Positions 27,620-32,786 of a stretch of 32,786 nucleotides of DNA are shown here, piece by piece; within the stretch, counting starts at the first letter, position 1, and each line of letters starts with the position of its first letter. The DNA is from Chthonomonadales bacterium. Lineage in GTDB: Bacteria; Armatimonadota; Chthonomonadetes; Chthonomonadales; Chthonomonadaceae. Position numbers and translations under genes: made by a program. The notes beneath the pieces are model-generated. The model saw nothing but the letters and a program-made list of their open reading frames with translations. It was not told the DNA's origin and searched no databases. The stretch lies in the NCBI GenBank assembly GCA_038217285.1, contig JBBQPO010000027.1:1-32786 (forward strand). The letters run 5' to 3'.

Positions 27620-28285
27620 ATGAAAACGCATTTCAAAGTCGGGGTAGCTCTTTACGGGCTGTCGATAGGTGGGCTGATGGTCACGTCTTCGGCACAGGCA
27701 CAGGGGTTCCTTGTCGGCGCGTATCTCTTTGCAGCGGATGGCAGTGGGAATACCACGAGCACCACCTATCAGTACGATACCAATTCCAGCAACAACACGT
27801 TTGCACTGCTGGTCAATGGGGGAGGCAAGAGTTTTAGCCAGGCGCTCACCTTGGGAAACAATGCTTTTACATTCGCCCCCGGTACGTCCCCGGTGACACT
27901 CAACAACACTGGCGTTCTGGGACTCTTCTTCAACACGACGAACACTCCCTACAATCCGAGCATTACGGCAAGAACTCCTGATCTGGTGATCGCAAGACCA
28001 GTGAACGGGGCAGGGTTTGCCTTCGTGCCGGCAGCGGGTACAAACCTTAACAACTATCGGTACTCTGGCACTTCGTCCGCCAACGGCCTGAGTACGTTTA
28101 CACTCGGTGCGGACACCGTGTCAATTTCAAGCTTCACGGTCACATCGACGCCGAACGGCTCTTTTACTCTGAACCTTACAGGTCCGGCAGCACCCACTAC
28201 GCCGGAACCTGGTACCGTTGGTCTTCTGGCCGGATTGATCACGTCCGGAGTCGTGTTCATGCGGCGACGCGCTGTCAAGAAATAG
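27620..28285 (+). CDS. PEP-CTERM (exosortase-sorted) surface protein
   Basis: Signal peptide (AQA), Ser/Thr/Asn-rich body, TPEPG + TM helix + RRR..KK tail. Confidence 0.9.
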   Translation: MKTHFKVGVALYGLSIGGLMVTSSAQAQGFLVGAYLFAADGSGNTTSTTYQYDTNSSNNTFALLVNGGGKSFSQALTLGNNAFTFAPGTSPVTLNNTGVLGLFFNTTNTPYNPSITARTPDLVIARPVNGAGFAFVPAAGTNLNNYRYSGTSSANGLSTFTLGADTVSISSFTVTSTPNGSFTLNLTGPAAPTTPEPGTVGLLAGLITSGVVFMRRRAVKK

Positions 28286-28302
28286 CCTCATGAGGCCTTA
28301 TG

Positions 28303-28350
28303 ACGACGGGAGCCGGGTAGAGTAAAATCTACCCGGCTCCCGTCGTTTAT
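28303..28350 (+). terminator. Intrinsic terminator (19-bp perfect stem)
   Basis: ACGACGGGAGCCGGGTAGA (28303-28321) / TCTACCCGGCTCCCGTCGT (28328-28346), followed by TTAT, just after the PEP-CTERM stop. Confidence 0.75.
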
Positions 28351-28419
28351 GGTGCTGATCCGGTATTGTCATGCTTTCGTGGTGCTGAACGTCCACGAGG
28401 TGAGCTATGCCTGACACGC

Positions 28420-28460
28420 CGAAAGAAGGCTTCCTGCACAATGCAGGAAGCCTTCTTTCG
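28420..28460. terminator. Second perfect 19-bp hairpin, probable bidirectional terminator
   Basis: CGAAAGAAGGCTTCCTGCA-CAA-TGCAGGAAGCCTTCTTTCG, between convergent genes. Confidence 0.7.
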
Positions 28461-28591
28461 TATTGAGACAACTACCCGATTGCAAGAGAATATTCCAGCA
28501 ACCTGACCACCCAGAGATCAAATCTTGCCATATACCGACACAACGTTGTGTGCCCTCTAGCATCGATTGAGCACAACGCACGAGGGTTGCT

Positions 28592-29290
28592 TTATTTGCG
28601 CAGACGTCGTCGTCTTAGCAGCGCAGAACCTGTTACGATCAGGCATCCGAAGATAGACAGAGCGCTCGGCTCCGGTGTGCTCGGAGAATAGCGAAATGTA
28701 CCGGCATCTAGTTGTCCCGTAAACGTGTTTAGCGGGTACTTGTCTAAGCCCTTAAATTGAGGCAGTTGTTCATTGTAACGATATCTGGTCTTGTTGATCG
28801 AAATCAGGTTACCGGCCTCGTTATAAGTAGGGGGAGTGAAGTTGGCGAAGTTTGAGTTAGCATCTGGATCATTATTATTGACCGTCGTCCACGCTACGAC
28901 GTAACTGCCAAGACCCAAGCTGATGCCATTCAGGCCGCCAACAGGCTTGAACAAGTATCCACCGCTAAGGGTTCCAGGGCTAGCGGAACTGAAAGATGCC
29001 GTCAACCCAGGCACTGGTAGTTGCGTGGAACTATCATAGATAGTGGTGATAATCGTGCCGTTGAGCGTGTGTGCTACGCCTGTAACCGGAGCCGCTGTAT
29101 CGACAGAGCCTAATGCATTGATGACGATAGGCGTATTGACATTGAACTCCAACCCGAGGGTCGCACCATATTGTTCCTGGCCAACTACAGGAGCGGCCAG
29201 ATCATAAGCTGTGAATGTCTGAGCCGACACAGACCCCCCGATGACGGTACACCCTAACAGCATGCCTATGAAGACAGAAACCTTTGACAT
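28592..29290 (-). CDS. PEP-CTERM surface protein
   Basis: Signal peptide (VSA-Q), beta-rich body, TPEPS + TM helix + RRRRLRK tail; GGAG RBS. Confidence 0.9.
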   Translation of the reverse strand: MSKVSVFIGMLLGCTVIGGSVSAQTFTAYDLAAPVVGQEQYGATLGLEFNVNTPIVINALGSVDTAAPVTGVAHTLNGTIITTIYDSSTQLPVPGLTASFSSASPGTLSGGYLFKPVGGLNGISLGLGSYVVAWTTVNNNDPDANSNFANFTPPTYNEAGNLISINKTRYRYNEQLPQFKGLDKYPLNTFTGQLDAGTFRYSPSTPEPSALSIFGCLIVTGSALLRRRRLRK

Positions 29291-29502
29291 TATATGTTCT
29301 CCGTTCCGAATGTTTTACAGCGATGTTTAAAGAATGGTAGCAGTTACCGAAAAAGATGTTGGCTCAGATGTTAGCGGCATCGAGTCATTGGAAATTTTCG
29401 ACAGTGGATCTAAATCCATGATGCCGACGGCTATCTCTACCGAACGAGCAGGCACACTAGAAGTGTAGCCGAAAAGTCGGATTTCCGGTTAGTCCGTTAA
29501 AT

Positions 29503-30489
29503 TTACAGGGTTATATTTTCCTCAGCCGTGTCGTTTGACGCTTCTGGGGCCACAACGTCTGGAGCGTTGGTGGCTGACTGTCTAAAATGACAGTAAACGT
29601 TTACATATTCTGATCGAGAAGCAGGCGGCGGAAAACTACTCCTAGTTCCATCTCTCTCCAGCACCTCTTGCTGACAACTGCCTATCTCGTCGAAAAAAGC
29701 GGACAGATCTCCAGGCCCACACTGCGCGGCCGTTAACATGGGTGGATTGAACTCGTAAAATATATCCGGCTTACGTTGGGAAAGCATCTTCTTTGCTCCA
29801 CGTAGAACCGAAAGCTCAAATCCTTCGACGTCCACCTTGAGTAGACCGACCGTATCGAACGCAGGTTGTTTTTCCGACAAGAGCGTATCGAGGGTCATAC
29901 ACTTGACAGAAATGGCTGTCGCACCCTCTGCTTCAGCACCTACGGCAGACACGACATCGGAATGCCCAGGCGTACTATATATATTCAGTATACCATTTTC
30001 TGCGCCCAACGCGATAGGAAACAGGCTGACATTTTCAACGGTATTCAACGCGAATGTCGCACTGGCCCGAACCACCGTTTCCGGAAGGGGCTCGAAGGAC
30101 CAGACTTCTCCGTCCCGGCCAAGCCATAACGACAGAGCGACCGACGTGATGCCAATATTACATCCGATGTCAAAGTAGAGGCCTTTGTGCCGGGATGTCT
30201 GCGATTCCAAAAATCGCATCATGTCATCGTCGTAAACATCGAACACTTCCCATGCCAGCGAGTATTCGTCGCGATAGTCCCCCATGAACTTGATTCCCGA
30301 TTTGGTGGAACCGATAAAATAAGGCCGCGATGGATTACAGAAACGCTTCAGAATCTGATAGGTACGTGCTGGGAAATAACCCATTTTACGGGCCCTTGCC
30401 CGCAACAGCTTTATCATCCAGCGGTAATTACTTATAGATGGCTTGAGAGACTTAAGCGACTGCCTATAGTCATCAGGTGAAAGATTCAT
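29503..30489 (-). CDS. FkbM-family SAM-dependent methyltransferase
   Basis: YFDIGCNIG, VWSFEP, IALG, TLD, LLKVDVEGFELSVLRGA, IFYE. Confidence 0.9.
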   Translation of the reverse strand: MNLSPDDYRQSLKSLKPSISNYRWMIKLLRARARKMGYFPARTYQILKRFCNPSRPYFIGSTKSGIKFMGDYRDEYSLAWEVFDVYDDDMMRFLESQTSRHKGLYFDIGCNIGITSVALSLWLGRDGEVWSFEPLPETVVRASATFALNTVENVSLFPIALGAENGILNIYSTPGHSDVVSAVGAEAEGATAISVKCMTLDTLLSEKQPAFDTVGLLKVDVEGFELSVLRGAKKMLSQRKPDIFYEFNPPMLTAAQCGPGDLSAFFDEIGSCQQEVLERDGTRSSFPPPASRSEYVNVYCHFRQSATNAPDVVAPEASNDTAEENITL

Positions 30490-30888
30490 TTAGTCTCGAC
30501 ATTAACAGCGTTGAAAGCCCTCATGCGGGTATTCAACCGGAGTTCGACGGCAGGTTAAGTATGCTTGCCCTCTTAATGTAAGTCTAATGCACATTCCGTG
30601 CCAAACTGGTGATTCGTACTGTTCAAGCGATAAATTTTGAAAAAGCGTCGTCTTTCGATCCGTTCCTGCGCTCGCTGAGCCAGAAGCACACGGCCTTTAC
30701 GCCCACTGTACCTAAATTGAGAAAGGCGTGATCCCACAAAAAAACACCTGGCAAGCATTGCATCTCCGTTTTTTTCGTGGTAGGATAGATTCAGTGTTGT
30801 CTGGAGACTCGTGACGGTTCCCTGACACCTCCCTATCCCCAGATGGATATATCCTATCCGAGGTCGCTTTAGAGAGGAATCAAGGTTT

Positions 30889-32786
30889 ATGAATCCGTCA
30901 CGTTTCCGACTATCCTTACGCCACCAATACAAAAATCTCTTTCATGGTATCCAGAATGTCTGTCTGACGGTGTCCCTAGTGTTAGGAATCACCGGCATCG
31001 CTCTGCATTCCAACTCTCAGACCCTGCGTCCGACTCCTGCCCCGAGCATCGAAGTTTCCGCCGTGGTGCCGAATGAGGTGCTGGTGGGTGTCCGCGCCGA
31101 CCAGGACGATGCACAGGAAGCCTATCGATTAAACGCTGCGGTCGGCGTGGCCGTCGGCTGGCAGCCTGAGCTGCACACGTATCGCATTCAACTGCAGCCT
31201 GGGATGACGATCAGGGCCGCCATAGCCCGCCTCCGGCAGCGTGGAGACGTGGTCTTTGCCGAACCCAACCACATCTACCATGTGCAGTCTACGCCCAACA
31301 ACCTTTCCTATGGCAATCAGTGGGGCCCTCCAAAGGTGCAGGCGAACCTGGCGTGGGACATCTGGAATCCATCCGCCACCATCGTTATCGCAATCGTCGA
31401 TACGGGCATCGACAACACCCATCCTGCTCTGACCAACAAAATCTATCGCGACGCTCTCGGCATCGTCGGTTACAACGCGTTTACCGGCCTGCGCGACAAC
31501 GCTTCCGACGACTACGGCCACGGCACCCACTGCGCCGGGATCGCCGCCGCTCAGATCAACAACGGTATCGGAGTGGCCGGGATCGCAGGCTGGACCGGGC
31601 AGGCAGGCGTGTCCGATACGACCTACACGAAACTGATGCCGGTCAAAGTGCTGGACGGCACAGGATCCGGGTCGGATTCGAGCGTGGCGAATGGGATCAT
31701 CTGGGCCGCGAACAACGGAGCCAGAGTCATCAGCCTCAGCCTGGGAGGAACCGGCTCGTCGACCACGCTCGGCAATGCCGTGTCGTATGCCTGGACCAAA
31801 GGCTGCGTGGTCGTCGCCGCCGCTGGTAACAGCGGGGGTTCCACGCCTTCCTACCCGGGTGCCTATCCCAACGTTATCTCCGTCGCCGCCACCGACAGTA
31901 ACGATCAACTGGCCAGTTTCTCCAACTACGGCTCCTGGGTAACCGTCGCCGCCCCCGGTGTCAACATCTACTCCACGGTGCCGACCTACGCTGCTGGCGG
32001 TAACTTCGGCCTCAACTACAACTATCTTTCGGGCACCTCCATGGCCACTCCGCATGTGGCCGGTGAGGCCGCTCTGATTCTGGCGCAGAATCCTGCGCTT
32101 ACCAATAGTCAAGTGAGCTCCCTCATCACCTCCAATGTAGACCCCTATACGCCCTACAGTGGCAGTATCGCCCCTGGCGCCGGACGCATCAACGTCTATC
32201 GGGCTTTGAAGGCTGCTGGCGGCGGCGCTGCCAAAATTCCCACGGCCCCCACCAGTCTGGTCGCTACACCCGGTAATACACAGATCAACCTGGGCTGGAG
32301 CGGCAGCGCAGGAGCCGTGACCTATAACGTCAAGCGCTCTCTCGTAAACGGCGGTCCCTATCTGCTTCTCGCCTCAGGCGTCACCACGGCGACGTATACC
32401 GACATCGGACTGACCAATGGCACGACCTACTACTACGTGGTCAGCGCGGTCAATGCGACGGGGGAGAGTCCCAACTCAGCGCAGGCTTCCGCAACGCCGG
32501 CACCGCAAACAACCGTCTACAAAATCCAGAGCGGGCCGGGAGTCATCGGTACCTTCAACCCGGACGCTTACTTCAATGGCGGCAGTCTCTACTCCGTTTC
32601 ACAGGCCATCGACACCTCCGCCGCCAACGCCGCTCCCATGGCGGTCTATCAGACCCAGCGCTTCGGCAACTTCGCCTACAACATGCCCGCCCTATCCGCA
32701 GGAGCCAGCTACACCGTGCGCCTGCACTTCGCGGAGTCCTACTTCACGATTGCCGGACAGCGCTACTTCAACGTCGCCATCAACGG
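30889..32786 (+). CDS. S8 (thermitase-like) subtilase with prodomain, FN3 and malectin-like domain; 3'-truncated
   Basis: Translated by hand (not in the ORF track): GAGAGGA RBS + ATG 30889, signal region, prodomain ending FAEPN, IVDTG (Asp at 31399), GHGTHCAG (His at 31519), AAAGN, SGTSMATPHV (Ser at 32038), FN3 (PTAPTSL...YYYVVSAVN), malectin-like YQTQRFG...VRLHFAE...QRYFNVAING. No stop before the window end. Confidence 0.93.
   Translation, partial: MNPSRFRLSLRHQYKNLFHGIQNVCLTVSLVLGITGIALHSNSQTLRPTPAPSIEVSAVVPNEVLVGVRADQDDAQEAYRLNAAVGVAVGWQPELHTYRIQLQPGMTIRAAIARLRQRGDVVFAEPNHIYHVQSTPNNLSYGNQWGPPKVQANLAWDIWNPSATIVIAIVDTGIDNTHPALTNKIYRDALGIVGYNAFTGLRDNASDDYGHGTHCAGIAAAQINNGIGVAGIAGWTGQAGVSDTTYTKLMPVKVLDGTGSGSDSSVANGIIWAANNGARVISLSLGGTGSSTTLGNAVSYAWTKGCVVVAAAGNSGGSTPSYPGAYPNVISVAATDSNDQLASFSNYGSWVTVAAPGVNIYSTVPTYAAGGNFGLNYNYLSGTSMATPHVAGEAALILAQNPALTNSQVSSLITSNVDPYTPYSGSIAPGAGRINVYRALKAAGGGAAKIPTAPTSLVATPGNTQINLGWSGSAGAVTYNVKRSLVNGGPYLLLASGVTTATYTDIGLTNGTTYYYVVSAVNATGESPNSAQASATPAPQTTVYKIQSGPGVIGTFNPDAYFNGGSLYSVSQAIDTSAANAAPMAVYQTQRFGNFAYNMPALSAGASYTVRLHFAESYFTIAGQRYFNVAIN

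Noticed and set aside
30734-30780. CCACAAAAAAAC/GTTTTTTTCGTGG inverted repeat enclosing TGGCAAGCATTGC
   Set aside because: GG-GC spacing is 8 rather than 10, so not sigma54, and the repeat is low-complexity; a possible operator but unsupported.
30573-30932. 119-aa minus-strand ORF
   Set aside because: It overlaps the S8 start, has no motif or clear RBS, and lies in a divergent promoter region.
10527-32786. Protease-related genes (HtrA, Aat, retropepsin, M1, S8) as one proteolysis system
   Set aside because: They are scattered, on different strands and in different compartments, with no shared regulatory element seen.
1-32786. CRISPR arrays, tRNA/rRNA, integrase or transposase genes
   Set aside because: No regularly spaced repeats, RNA-gene signatures or recombinase motifs were seen by eye.

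Overview
GC-rich bacterial chromosomal window. The TPEP-type PEP-CTERM proteins and a HEAT protein with LLRA-type tail repeats suggest Armatimonadota, but this is an inference. The left 10 kb is a co-directional D-apiose utilisation cluster: Gfo/Idh/MocA apiose dehydrogenase (5'-truncated), form IV RuBisCO-like protein, DUF1537 kinase, apionate oxidoisomerase, an uncharacterised 1052-aa secreted clan GH-A-like hydrolase, an extended SDR and a GH140 apiosidase. The middle holds an orphan membrane gene, htrA-ribH-ribBA, aat, an MBL hydrolase, a HEAT-repeat protein, an antitoxin-like/retropepsin pair, a secreted beta-propeller protein, an MFS transporter and an M1 aminopeptidase. Next is an RHH + TerY-like vWA + YegI-like kinase-TM-WD40 module with no adjacent phosphatase. 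The right end is a lower-GC surface-protein region with two convergent PEP-CTERM genes (one behind a sigma54-type promoter), an FkbM methyltransferase and an S8 protease-FN3-malectin gene that runs off the window and is absent from the ORF track. No rRNA, tRNA, CRISPR array or transposase was seen. All family calls come from motif recognition by eye; no searches were run.
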